Assembly: GCF_011421635.1 (NCBI RefSeq)
Contig: NZ_WTLI01000007.1
Location: 42,232 to 106,231, forward strand
DNA: 64,000 bases
Direction of reading: 5' to 3'
From: Paenibacillus turpanensis
GTDB lineage: Bacteria; Bacillota; Bacilli; Paenibacillales; YIM-B00363
Part shown: positions 50,998 through 61,100 of the stretch, one piece after another
Layout: each line of letters opens with the position of its first letter
Numbering within the stretch: the first letter of the stretch is position 1
Program-made: the position numbers and the translations under genes
The notes under the pieces: model-generated
The model's database searches: none
What the model was told of the DNA's origin: nothing
What the model saw: the letters and a program-made list of their open reading frames with translations, nothing else

Positions 50998-51840
50998 ATG
51001 GAAATCGCGGAGCTTAAGGCCAAAGCAGCACAAATTAGAATGGAGCTGCTGACGATGATTCATCGCGCCAAGACGGGACATACCGGCGGCTCGCTCAGCA
51101 ATACGGATATTTTGACGGCTCTATACTATCGGGTAATGAAAATCGATCCGAACGATCCCAAATGGCCGGAGCGTGACCGTTTTATCGCCAGCAAAGGCCA
51201 TTCGGTGGAATCACTTTGGTGTATCCTGGCGGATCTCGGTTTCTTCCCGAAGGAGGAGCTGCTGACCTTCAGCCAGTTTGGAACGAGGCTTATTGGTCAT
51301 CCGAACAATAAGGTGCCGGGAATCGAAATGAATACCGGGGCTCTGGGCCACGGTCTAGCGATTGGCGTCGGCATGGCGCTGGCCGCCAAACGGGACGGAA
51401 ACGCTTATCGTGTGTTCTGTCTAATGGGAGACGGCGAGCAGGCGGAGGGTTCGGTATGGGAAGCGGCAATGGCCGGCGCCCATTATAAATTGGATAATCT
51501 GATCGGCATTATCGACCGTAACCGGCTGCAGATCAGCGGCTCGACCGAAGACGTGATGGGTCTTGAACCGCTTCAGGGAAAATGGGAGGCCTTCGGCTGG
51601 AAGGTGGTGTCCGTCGACGGGAACGATATGGGTGAGCTGGTGCAGGTGCTGGAAGCTGTGCCCGAGGAACGACGGCCGACGCTGGTGCTTGCAAATACAA
51701 TCAAGGGCAAGGGAGTGTCCTTTGCGGAAAATGCTGCGCACTGGCATCACCACGTGCCGAATGATGCTGAACTGGAGCAAGCCTTGAGCGAACTTACAGC
51801 TGCGCGTGAGGTAATCCTGCGGGAGGGGCGGAACGTATGA
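50998..51840 (+). CDS. Transketolase, N-terminal (thiamine-PP binding) subunit
   Basis: GHTGGSLS, GHPN, GALGHGL, and the MGDGEQAEGSVWEA TPP motif. GGAGGGGGAG RBS. Confidence 0.9.
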   Translation: MEIAELKAKAAQIRMELLTMIHRAKTGHTGGSLSNTDILTALYYRVMKIDPNDPKWPERDRFIASKGHSVESLWCILADLGFFPKEELLTFSQFGTRLIGHPNNKVPGIEMNTGALGHGLAIGVGMALAAKRDGNAYRVFCLMGDGEQAEGSVWEAAMAGAHYKLDNLIGIIDRNRLQISGSTEDVMGLEPLQGKWEAFGWKVVSVDGNDMGELVQVLEAVPEERRPTLVLANTIKGKGVSFAENAAHWHHHVPNDAELEQALSELTAAREVILREGRNV

Positions 51841-52775
51841 TCAACAACATTGCGAATCGGCAAGTTATTTGTGAAACGCTGTTAGAGCTAGGGCGTCAAG
51901 ACCGAGACATTATGGTGCTGGCCAGCGATTCACGAGGCTCCGCTGCTATGGGGCCGTTTGCAAAGGAGTTTCCCGGGCAGTTCGTAGAGGTCGGGATCGC
52001 GGAGCAAAATATTGTGGGCATAGCGGCTGGGCTTGCCCACAGCGGCAAAAAACCGTTCGTCACCTCTCCGGCCTGTTTTCTCAGTATGCGCAGCATCGAG
52101 CAGATTAAGGTTGACGTGGCTTATTCCGGTACCAATGTGAAGCTGATTGGCATCAGTGGTGGCGTCAGCTACGGGGCCCTCGGCATGTCGCATCATTCCG
52201 TGCAGGATCTCGCGGTGGCCCGCGCTATTTCGGGGCTGGCGGTGATGATGCCGGCAGACCGCCACGAGACGAAGAAAATGACGGCTGCGCTCGTGCAGCA
52301 TTACGGCGGCGCCTATGTCCGTACCGGCCGTAATCCGGTCGAGGATGTTTACGATTCGGATGAATACGAATTCGAGATCGGCAAGGCGGTGGAGCTGCGG
52401 AAGGGAGACGATCTGACGGTAATTGCCTCCGGCGAGACGGTGCGTGTAGCGCTGGATGCGCATACCGCCTTGAAGGAGGCGGGCGTTTCGTGCCGGGTGC
52501 TAAACATGCATACGATCAAGCCGCTGGACGTTGAGGCGATTATCCGCGCAGCCCGCGAAACCGGTACGATCATTACGGTGGAAGAGCATAGCATCCACGG
52601 GGGACTAGGCGCCGCAGTGGCTGAGACGGTCGTCCAGCATCACCCGGTGCCGGTAAAGATTATGGGCATTCCGGATGAGCCTGCCGTGGCAGGAAAGACG
52701 GCGGAAGTGTTCGAGCATTACGGCATTACGGCGGCTAACATCAAGCGCGTTGCGCTTGAGCTGCTGGATCGTTAG
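51837..52775 (+). CDS. Transketolase, C-terminal (pyrimidine-binding) subunit
   Basis: 312 aa. Overlaps the upstream stop (ATGA). Pyr and C-terminal domains typical of split transketolases. Confidence 0.9.
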   Translation: MINNIANRQVICETLLELGRQDRDIMVLASDSRGSAAMGPFAKEFPGQFVEVGIAEQNIVGIAAGLAHSGKKPFVTSPACFLSMRSIEQIKVDVAYSGTNVKLIGISGGVSYGALGMSHHSVQDLAVARAISGLAVMMPADRHETKKMTAALVQHYGGAYVRTGRNPVEDVYDSDEYEFEIGKAVELRKGDDLTVIASGETVRVALDAHTALKEAGVSCRVLNMHTIKPLDVEAIIRAARETGTIITVEEHSIHGGLGAAVAETVVQHHPVPVKIMGIPDEPAVAGKTAEVFEHYGITAANIKRVALELLDR

Positions 52776-52785
52776 GAGCTGCACG

Positions 52786-54285
52786 ATGACGAAGGAATAC
52801 ATTCTGACCATTGACCAGAGCACGTCAGGAACCAAGGCGCTGGTCGTCCATCGGGACGGAAGTATTGTCGCGCGCGGCTTCAAGGAACATAAGCAGTATT
52901 TTCCCCGTGCCGGCTGGGTGGAACATGACCCTTTGGAGATCTATAACCATGTGAAGGAAACTTCGCTCAGGGCGTTGCAATCGGCTGGCATTCAACCCGT
53001 GCAGCTTGCTGCACTGACGATTACCAACCAGCGGGAAACGGCTGTCCTATGGGATCGCCATAACGGGATGCCGGTGTACCCGGCAATTGTGTGGCAATGC
53101 CAGCGAACGGCCGGCCAGTGCGCGAAGCTTCAAGCCGCAGGGTATGAAAAGACAGTGCGCACGAAAACCGGACTGCTGCTGGATCCTTATTTTTCAGCTG
53201 CGAAATGGAGCTGGATGCTGGATCACGTGGAAGGAGCGCGCTCGAAGCTCGAAGAAGGCAGGCTGCTGGCCGGGACGATGGATAGCTGGCTGCTTTGGAA
53301 GCTGACGAACGGAAAGGTACATGCTACCGATTATACGAATGCGAGCCGTACTTCTCTGTTTAACATTCATACGTTGGAATGGGACGAGGAGCTGTGCCGT
53401 CTGTTCGGCGTGCCGTCCGAGCTACTGCCTGCAGTGAAATTTTCCGATGAGGGGTTCGGCTATACGGAGGATGCCGGGCTGTTCGACGAACGTATTCCGA
53501 TTACAGGCATCATCGGCGATTCCCAGGGCGCGATGTTTGGCAACCGTTGCTTTACGGAGGGGATGGCCAAAGCGACTTACGGGACGGGAACCTCCGTGCT
53601 GATGAATGTAGGGGAGAAGCCGCCGTCTGCGAAAAACGGACTTGTCGCTGCCATTGCATGGGGGATGAGCGGCAAGGTAACCTACGCTCTCGAGGCCGTC
53701 GTTCGGACAACCGGCGACAGCATCAAATGGGTACGGGATCAGCTCGGCTTATTCCGCTCGTTTGAAGAAATGGAACGTCTTCTTCAATCCGCAGCGGACA
53801 ATGAGGGCGTATATATGGTCCCCGCCTTTGTCGGATTGGGCGCCCCCTATTGGGATCCTTATGCCAGGGCGGCGATTACAGGTATGAACCGGGGTACAGG
53901 CAAGGCGCATATCGTTCGCGCGGCGATCGAGTCCATTGCTTACCAAGTTTGCGATGCGGTAGAGTTGATGCAATCGGTAACGGGCAACGCTCTTGTTGAG
54001 CTTCGTGCCGACGGCGGCGCATCCGATAACTCCTTGCTGATGCAGTTCCAGGCGGATCTTCTGCGATGTCCGGTGGTCAAATCGGAGGTGGCCGAGTTAT
54101 CTGCACTAGGCTCCTATTATATGGGCGGGCTCGGGATAGGATGGTGGACATCTCCGGACGATATAAAGAACCGGCAGCAAAGCTACCGCACATACGAGCC
54201 AGTGATGGGAACCGGGGAGCGGGAGCGCCACTACGCAGGTTGGAAACGCGCCGTCGCGTCCGTGTTGAAAAGTGGGAATTTGTGA
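52786..54285 (+). CDS. FGGY-family carbohydrate kinase (glycerol-kinase-like)
   Basis: N-terminal MTKEYILTIDQSTSGTKALV...WVEHDP, as in glycerol kinase. FGGY N and C domains. Confidence 0.85.
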   Translation: MTKEYILTIDQSTSGTKALVVHRDGSIVARGFKEHKQYFPRAGWVEHDPLEIYNHVKETSLRALQSAGIQPVQLAALTITNQRETAVLWDRHNGMPVYPAIVWQCQRTAGQCAKLQAAGYEKTVRTKTGLLLDPYFSAAKWSWMLDHVEGARSKLEEGRLLAGTMDSWLLWKLTNGKVHATDYTNASRTSLFNIHTLEWDEELCRLFGVPSELLPAVKFSDEGFGYTEDAGLFDERIPITGIIGDSQGAMFGNRCFTEGMAKATYGTGTSVLMNVGEKPPSAKNGLVAAIAWGMSGKVTYALEAVVRTTGDSIKWVRDQLGLFRSFEEMERLLQSAADNEGVYMVPAFVGLGAPYWDPYARAAITGMNRGTGKAHIVRAAIESIAYQVCDAVELMQSVTGNALVELRADGGASDNSLLMQFQADLLRCPVVKSEVAELSALGSYYMGGLGIGWWTSPDDIKNRQQSYRTYEPVMGTGERERHYAGWKRAVASVLKSGNL

Positions 54286-54312
54286 TAAAACGATGAAAAG
54301 GTGGATGACCTA

Positions 54313-55206
54313 ATGGAAATTCGTATCCCGGATGAGAAGAAAACAAGAGTGATCATCAACACCGATGCTAAAAACGAAGTTGATGATCAATTTGCCATAG
54401 TACATGCCGTGCTGACGCCTTCGTTTGAATTGCATGGCATTATCCCCGCACATTTCGGCGACCGGAAGTCGGCGACAAGCTTAAAGGACAGTCACGATGA
54501 AACGATGCTGGTGCTCAGATTGATGGGGATGGAAGGCCAGATCCGGGTTGAAGATGGTGCGGAACATGCGATGCCGGACGAACAAACACCGGTGGATTCC
54601 GCGGGGGCTCGATTCATTATTGAGGAAGCGATGAAAGACGATGAACGGCCGCTTTATATCGCTTTTTACGGTCCTTTGACGGATATGGCGTCCGCCCTAT
54701 TGCTTGAACCGCGGATTGCAGACCGGGACATTAAGGTAATTTGGATCGGTGGCGGCGACTGGCCGGCTGGCGGCTGGGAATATAATTTAGCCAACGATGT
54801 CCATGCTGCAAACGTCATCTTCAAATCGAAGCTCGAATTGTGGCAAATTTCCCGCGCTGTGTATCGGCAGATGCCGGTTAGCTTTGCGGAGCTGGTCGAG
54901 AGGGTTTACCCTCATGGGGAAATCGGAAGGTATTTGGTTGAAGAGCTGATCGCGTTCAATAATGCAAGTGTTCAAAGGCCGGCTGAATATCGTATCTTGG
55001 GTGATTCTCCTGCGGTTGGCGTCATTCTTTTTCCGGATTGCGGCCGGTGGTCGTGGAAGCCTGCTCCTGAATTAGACGAACAGATGAAGTATATCCACAA
55101 CGGAAAACATCGCCCGATCCGAGTATATGAAACCATGGATGCGCGTTTTATAATGGAGGATTTTTACGCCAAGCTGGCTCAGTTTCATAGAAAATTCGGT
55201 CGGTAG
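54313..55206 (+). CDS. Nucleoside hydrolase (IU-NH family)
   Basis: N-terminal IINTDAKNEVDDQFAI aspartate cluster, and overall length. Confidence 0.7.
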   Translation: MEIRIPDEKKTRVIINTDAKNEVDDQFAIVHAVLTPSFELHGIIPAHFGDRKSATSLKDSHDETMLVLRLMGMEGQIRVEDGAEHAMPDEQTPVDSAGARFIIEEAMKDDERPLYIAFYGPLTDMASALLLEPRIADRDIKVIWIGGGDWPAGGWEYNLANDVHAANVIFKSKLELWQISRAVYRQMPVSFAELVERVYPHGEIGRYLVEELIAFNNASVQRPAEYRILGDSPAVGVILFPDCGRWSWKPAPELDEQMKYIHNGKHRPIRVYETMDARFIMEDFYAKLAQFHRKFGR

Positions 55207-55245
55207 AGGCGAAAAATCAAGCATGGATTCAGGAGGATATGCTTT

Positions 55246-56403
55246 ATGAACAGTCAAAAATGGTTTGCCATGGCTGAAACCATCATGTCGGCATCCGATT
55301 CGAAGGGCTACCATCCGGAAATTACGGAGCGGTGGGCTTACGTACCGGGTATGATGCTATTGGCGCTGCTGCGAGTCTGGGAAATGACAAAGGACACGAA
55401 GTATTACGATTATGTCAAAAAGCATATGGATTTGTTCATCGAATCGGACGGGGCCATTCGAACCTACGAGCTGGAAGAATATAATTTGGATCAGATTAAT
55501 CAAGGAAAAGTTCTTTTTCATTTGTTCAAGCAGACAGGGGAGGAGCGTTATAGCAAGGCAGCGCACTTGCTGGCCGATCAATTGGAAGGTCATCCGCGTA
55601 CGACGGAAGGCGGGTTTTGGCATAAAAAGGTATACCCGTTCCAAATGTGGCTGGATGGGCTATATATGTCCTCTCCGTTTCTGGCTGAGTACGCGAAAAT
55701 TTTCAATAGGCCCGAACTGTTTGACGAGGTTGCCCATCAGATTCTGACGGTGGAACAGCGTACACGTGATAAAAAAACGGGCTTATTGTACCATGGCTGG
55801 GATGAAAGCAAGGAGGAGGAATGGTGTAATCCGGCGACAGGGACATCTTTTCATTTTTGGAGCCGAGCTATGGGGTGGTATGCGATGGCGATCGTGGACT
55901 CCCTGGAGCATTTTCCGAAAAATCATAGGAAGCGCGGAACGATTGCCGGAATCTTTTTGCGTATGGTGAGAGCACTGGAGAGCGTACAGGATGCGGAAAG
56001 CGGGCTTTGGTATCAAGTGCTTGATCAAGGGAAGCGGGAAGGGAATTACTTGGAGGCCTCCGGCTCCTGCATGTTCGTGTATGCGATTGCCAAAGGGGTC
56101 AGACTCGGTTACTTGCCGCGCAATTACCGCAAGCTCGCGGTCCGTGGGTATGAAGGTCTGCTGGCGCATCTGGTAACCCATGATGAGTCAGGCGTTCATT
56201 TGCATCAAATTTGCAAAGGAGCAGGGCTCGGCAATCGGCCATACCGGGATGGGTCGTACACTTATTACATCAATGAGAGAATCGTAAGTGATCAATTCAT
56301 TGGTCAGGCACCGTTTATACTGGCAGGTGTTGAGATGGAGCGATTGGAATCGGTGCCGGAAGGTAATGTTGGGGACAGCGGAAATAACCAATTGGTATTT
56401 TAA
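55246..56403 (+). CDS. Glycoside hydrolase family 105/88 (unsaturated rhamnogalacturonyl/glucuronyl hydrolase, YteR-like)
   Basis: 385 aa. (alpha/alpha)6 signature, WLDGLYM, and the conserved Asp/His region. Pectin-degradation context. Confidence 0.8.
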   Translation: MNSQKWFAMAETIMSASDSKGYHPEITERWAYVPGMMLLALLRVWEMTKDTKYYDYVKKHMDLFIESDGAIRTYELEEYNLDQINQGKVLFHLFKQTGEERYSKAAHLLADQLEGHPRTTEGGFWHKKVYPFQMWLDGLYMSSPFLAEYAKIFNRPELFDEVAHQILTVEQRTRDKKTGLLYHGWDESKEEEWCNPATGTSFHFWSRAMGWYAMAIVDSLEHFPKNHRKRGTIAGIFLRMVRALESVQDAESGLWYQVLDQGKREGNYLEASGSCMFVYAIAKGVRLGYLPRNYRKLAVRGYEGLLAHLVTHDESGVHLHQICKGAGLGNRPYRDGSYTYYINERIVSDQFIGQAPFILAGVEMERLESVPEGNVGDSGNNQLVF

Positions 56404-56609
56404 TCGTCATTTAAATAAGATCCCAAAGTCTGGTTAACCGGCATTTTAATGAAGCAGCTCTGGAAAGCATTTCAGAGCATGAAAAAAATCGCTCGTGTTA
56501 TAATGTTAAAAACACAGCCTTGAACAGAAAAACTCTCCCCTGTGCCTCCGCGATACATAACCATGAATGAATAATGCGCGGTTATGATTCCAATATTGGG
56601 GGGAGACTA

Positions 56610-57032
56610 ATGATAACGGTCCTAAATGTCGATGGCCAAGAGCTAACGCCATGCTTGCCTCACCGAGCGGAACGGGAAGTGAATCGGGCCCGTGCGGTTT
56701 GGATTGATGACGAGACCATCCAGCTACTTTATAATCCATTTACGTTCCGCGACTATCGAAAAGCTGCTCTAAAACGAGATCATTTCATTTGTTTATGGTG
56801 CGGTAATCCTGCAACGACCGTCGATCATATTGTTCCATCGAGCAAAGGCGGCTCAGACCTGCCTTTGAACCTGCTCGCTTCATGCGGCGATTGCAACTCA
56901 AGACGAGGGAACCGCTCGGCGTTCCTTTTTCTAAGAGAAAAAGCACATTCCGTGCCGAACCGCATCAAGCTTTCCTACCGTATCCTAAAAGCGGTTATCA
57001 GTCCATCGGCAAAGGTGAAGATGATCAAATAA
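56610..57032 (+). CDS. Small stand-alone HNH endonuclease
   Basis: CLWCG...DHIVPSSKGG...NL...SCGDCNSRRG. RBS GGGGGGAG. Confidence 0.7.
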   Translation: MITVLNVDGQELTPCLPHRAEREVNRARAVWIDDETIQLLYNPFTFRDYRKAALKRDHFICLWCGNPATTVDHIVPSSKGGSDLPLNLLASCGDCNSRRGNRSAFLFLREKAHSVPNRIKLSYRILKAVISPSAKVKMIK

Positions 57033-57242
57033 CGAGTATACAGGCCCTGGAATTCCTAATTAGGAATACGGGCTTTTTTGTGCTTCTCAAGTAATTAGTA
57101 GTAAGGGTCTGAGTGGTTCCGTGCGAGAGTTGCGTTTTAGCAATGTTCTGTAATCATCGACGTTTTCTCTCATTTCATACTGCAAAAGTTAACGATATAA
57201 TCAAAGATAAGCCGTTTACTTAAAGTACCGATGGAGGTTTAT

Positions 57243-58058
57243 ATGAGATATAAGATCAGTGAATTATCTACACTCCTTCACGTTACAACAAACACAATCA
57301 GAAGATATGAAAAGATGGGCTATATCACGTCAAAAAGATGTGAAACTAGTAATTACCGATATTTTACCGAAGAAGACATCACCATTTTTATGAATATAAG
57401 GTTATTGCGAAAGTATGGGTTTACCCATTCAGAAATAGCCGAGATGAAGAAAAGCGAATTGTCAACCTTAATTTCGACATACGAGAAACGGATGGAAACC
57501 ATCGACGAGCAAATTTATTATTTAAGCAACCTAAGACATAGACTCAAGGATGATTTGGTTCTGATGAAGAAAACGGATGAATTGAATCAGCAATGCTACA
57601 TAAGAGATTGCGTTGCCTTATCGTACGTGCTTTATCAGAGAGGGGACAAAATTTTAACAGAACCCGACAGAGTGATGGCCGTACAAGAGTATTTATACCG
57701 ATCACCGGAAGTACAGCGAATGTATTTGATCCGAAAAGAAGATATAGAGAATGACAAGTTCACGCTCCATGCGGGTTGGGCCGTAAAAAGGTCAGATGTA
57801 GATAAATATAAGATGAAAGAAAATGAATACACGGAACGATACGAAAAACGTAAATCTCTTCTTCGTGTGGTTAAGCTTCCCGTCCATGCAGAAAACCATA
57901 GGATGCATGTAAAAGAATCGCTGCTTAAAGAGTCTTTTACATATATGAAAGAGCATCATTTAATAATTGCCGGTGATATTATTGGCATTGTCATTGCGAA
58001 TGTAGAAGAAGAAAACCGGCAAATGCAGTATGTTTTAATCGGTATCCCAATCGAATAA
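57243..58058 (+). CDS. MerR-family transcriptional regulator with C-terminal effector domain
   Basis: MRYKISELSTLLHVTTNTIRRYEKMGYI HTH. AT-rich gene. Confidence 0.8.
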   Translation: MRYKISELSTLLHVTTNTIRRYEKMGYITSKRCETSNYRYFTEEDITIFMNIRLLRKYGFTHSEIAEMKKSELSTLISTYEKRMETIDEQIYYLSNLRHRLKDDLVLMKKTDELNQQCYIRDCVALSYVLYQRGDKILTEPDRVMAVQEYLYRSPEVQRMYLIRKEDIENDKFTLHAGWAVKRSDVDKYKMKENEYTERYEKRKSLLRVVKLPVHAENHRMHVKESLLKESFTYMKEHHLIIAGDIIGIVIANVEEENRQMQYVLIGIPIE

Positions 58059-58183
58059 ATGTAAACGCTTTATTGACTGTGACACTGTGTCAGCCTTCAT
58101 AATAATCAGGAATGGAAATGATTTGAAGGAGGAGCTGACACGTGGGGAAGCAAGCAAAAAGACAAGCCAGGAGCAAGCCAAGC

Positions 58184-61100
58184 ATGTTCATGAGGTCAAA
58201 GAAAGCGATGAGTAAGGTACTGACATTCATCATGCTTTTCACTTTAGCCTTCAGCAGTATGGGTGAACTGAAAGTCTTGGCCAATGAACCATTGAACAGC
58301 CGAAACATTGACGTGTGGGATTTTGGGGGAATTCAAACCTCCGGAGAGCTATACAACAATCATATTACACCGGAAATGTTGGACAGCCAAACGACCATCA
58401 AATCGGGGACGTTTGCGACAACGGTATATGGAGATTTGACCGTAGCGAATCCGGTTTCAAGTGACAGATCGTATTATTATGGGCCGGATGGGACGACCCC
58501 AGGTGTGAATTCTTCCGGTTCATCGGGAACGCAGACGTTTAGTTATGATGACGGCTATACGGCAAACGGAATGTATTACGCCAATGGAACGGGAGGTACA
58601 GGGAGAAGGTTCTTGACTCTTGATCATGTGGTTGCAGGAGACAAAATTACGGTTTATGGCGGAACACATAATGCGTCAAGCGAAACCATTCACCTGGTTC
58701 ATGCAGCAGTTAGCGTCGATGGAACCAACGTAACCGTAACGCCGGATCCTTCGGAAGCTCAGGATCATACCGCTGCTTTTGGCGGAATCGGACAAAAGGT
58801 TGAATTGGTCGCACAATACTCCGGCTCCTATCAAATCTATGTTTCGGCTGGTGCTGGCGGGAAACCTTATTTTCAAAGAGTGGTAAGAACTCCTGGAGTT
58901 AAGGTTAGCGGCTCTGTAAATTTGAACGGCAGTGACATTGACGCGGGCTACCTCGTCAGCTTCACCAACCAGACAACAGGGGACGCAACAACCGTTCATG
59001 TGAATGCCGACAATACCTTTGATGCCGTTCTTGCAACGGGCTATGATTATATTGCTACGCTTAAGGATGTAACGAGTTATCGATTTTCCGATGAAACGAA
59101 ACTAATAAGCACCTCGACCTCTGATATTGCGTCGGGGAAAAGTGTTAGCTTAGATGTGATCGCTAACCAGCTTGTTACTGTAAGCGGTAACATTAAGGGC
59201 TTTGACAGCAGCTATGATGTTCGTGGATTGGAGATCACTTTTACTCCACCAGAAGGAAGCCTGGCATCTCCGATTGCCGCGACCATAAATACAGACGCGA
59301 TGACATTTTCGGCTGATGTTCAGGATGGGATCGAGTATACAGCTGTGATGTCCGGCGTTAATGATTATGAAATTACGGATGGCGGCAGTATTCATGTAAG
59401 CGTTGACACCGTTCAGGATATTACAGTCGATGCAAAGGCGGTATATACGGCAGCGGGCCTATACCAGGGGTTTCCATCTACAGCTCAAGTTTCAAGCATT
59501 ACATTTACTAATGTTGATGATGGATACATATACAAAGGCACTGTGACAAACGGCGGGTATTCGGTAAGCCTGAGAAACGGTGCGTACAGCGTTACAGCGG
59601 TAACCTCCGAGAATTACAGCACAAGCTCTCATGTCGTGATTAATGGTCAAAATACCAATAAGGATATTTTGTTTGTGAACAATACGGCCCCGGAGCCTCT
59701 CCCCTGGGTTCCAGACTTATATGTTGGGGATAGCTCCAAGCAAAATAACTACAATACCGTGAAGGAAGCTCTTGCTGCGGCAGCAAGAATGAACCCGACA
59801 GGAGAAGCCAAACGAATCACCATTCATATCGCTCCGGGCGTTTACAGGGAACAGCTTGTCATCAAAACTCCATTTATTACCCTTGTGAATTCCCATCCAA
59901 ACCCAACCAGTGATCCAAGTACGCAGGCGAAGATTACGTGGTATTACGGGATTGGCTATAAGTACTACAGTATCGGAGCAGACGGGTTCTATAACGAGGA
60001 AAAGGCATTTGATAAGTATTCCAAGAATATCGCCAGTAAGTGGGGAGGTACCGTTTATCTCACCAGTACGGCTACCGATTTTAAAGCGCAAAACATCGTA
60101 TTTGAGAATTCTTTTAATAAATACATTACTGAAGAGGAATTAGCAGATGGCGTGGAGCTTGCCAATGCAGAGGCAGGAACCACGATCAGTGTAGATCGAA
60201 AGATTTTCACAGACGTGACTTCAAAAACTGCGACAGAAAGAGCAGCGGCAATGCTGATCGAAGGAAACCGGGCAGAATTTGTGGGCTGTAGTTTCCTTGG
60301 AAGTCAGGACACTCTCTTTACCGGCGGCAGCGGTACGAATAGCAGCTACTTTAAAGACTCCTTTATCGAAGGAAATACAGACTATATTTTCGGTGATGGA
60401 AATGTAGTGTTTGATAATGTGACGTTGAACTTTGCCGGTTATAGTGATAAGGCTGTAGGTGGCTATATCACGGCGGCCCGAGATTCAGCAGCCTATGGCT
60501 ATTTATTTCGAAATGCTACGGTAACTGCCGGCAGCAAAAATCTGCAGACCTCGGGATTTTTCGGAAGACCTTGGGGGGCAGGGGCAAAGGTAACGTTCGT
60601 AAACACCAAGCTGCAAAACGGCTCCATGATCGACCCTAGAGGCTGGACGGATATGTCGGGCCCGGCTGAAAATGCGAATTTTGCAGAGTACAACACGACT
60701 TATAATGGTGGAGCAGTAGATACCGCCCAAAGAAGAGCACCTGTTTTAACAGACACACAAGCTGCCGCAATCGATGTTACGGATTACTTTGGAGGCTGGA
60801 CACCAACCTTCTATGCGGCTGACACGGAAACACCGCCAACTTTTAAAACGGCTCCTTTCTTTACAACAGACGATGATATTAACATTCCGTACACCGGAAA
60901 TACCATTAGCTTAGGCTATGAATTTGAGCATACGAACGATAACCTGAACGACAGCTCGTTAATCCAGTGGTACAGAGTAAGTCCGGATGGAACAGAAACG
61001 TTGATCCAAGCAACAAAAGCGTATATTTCGAAAACCTACAAAATTACAAGTGGTGATATCGGCTTTTATATTAAAGCTGTGGTTACCCCTGAAACGGTGA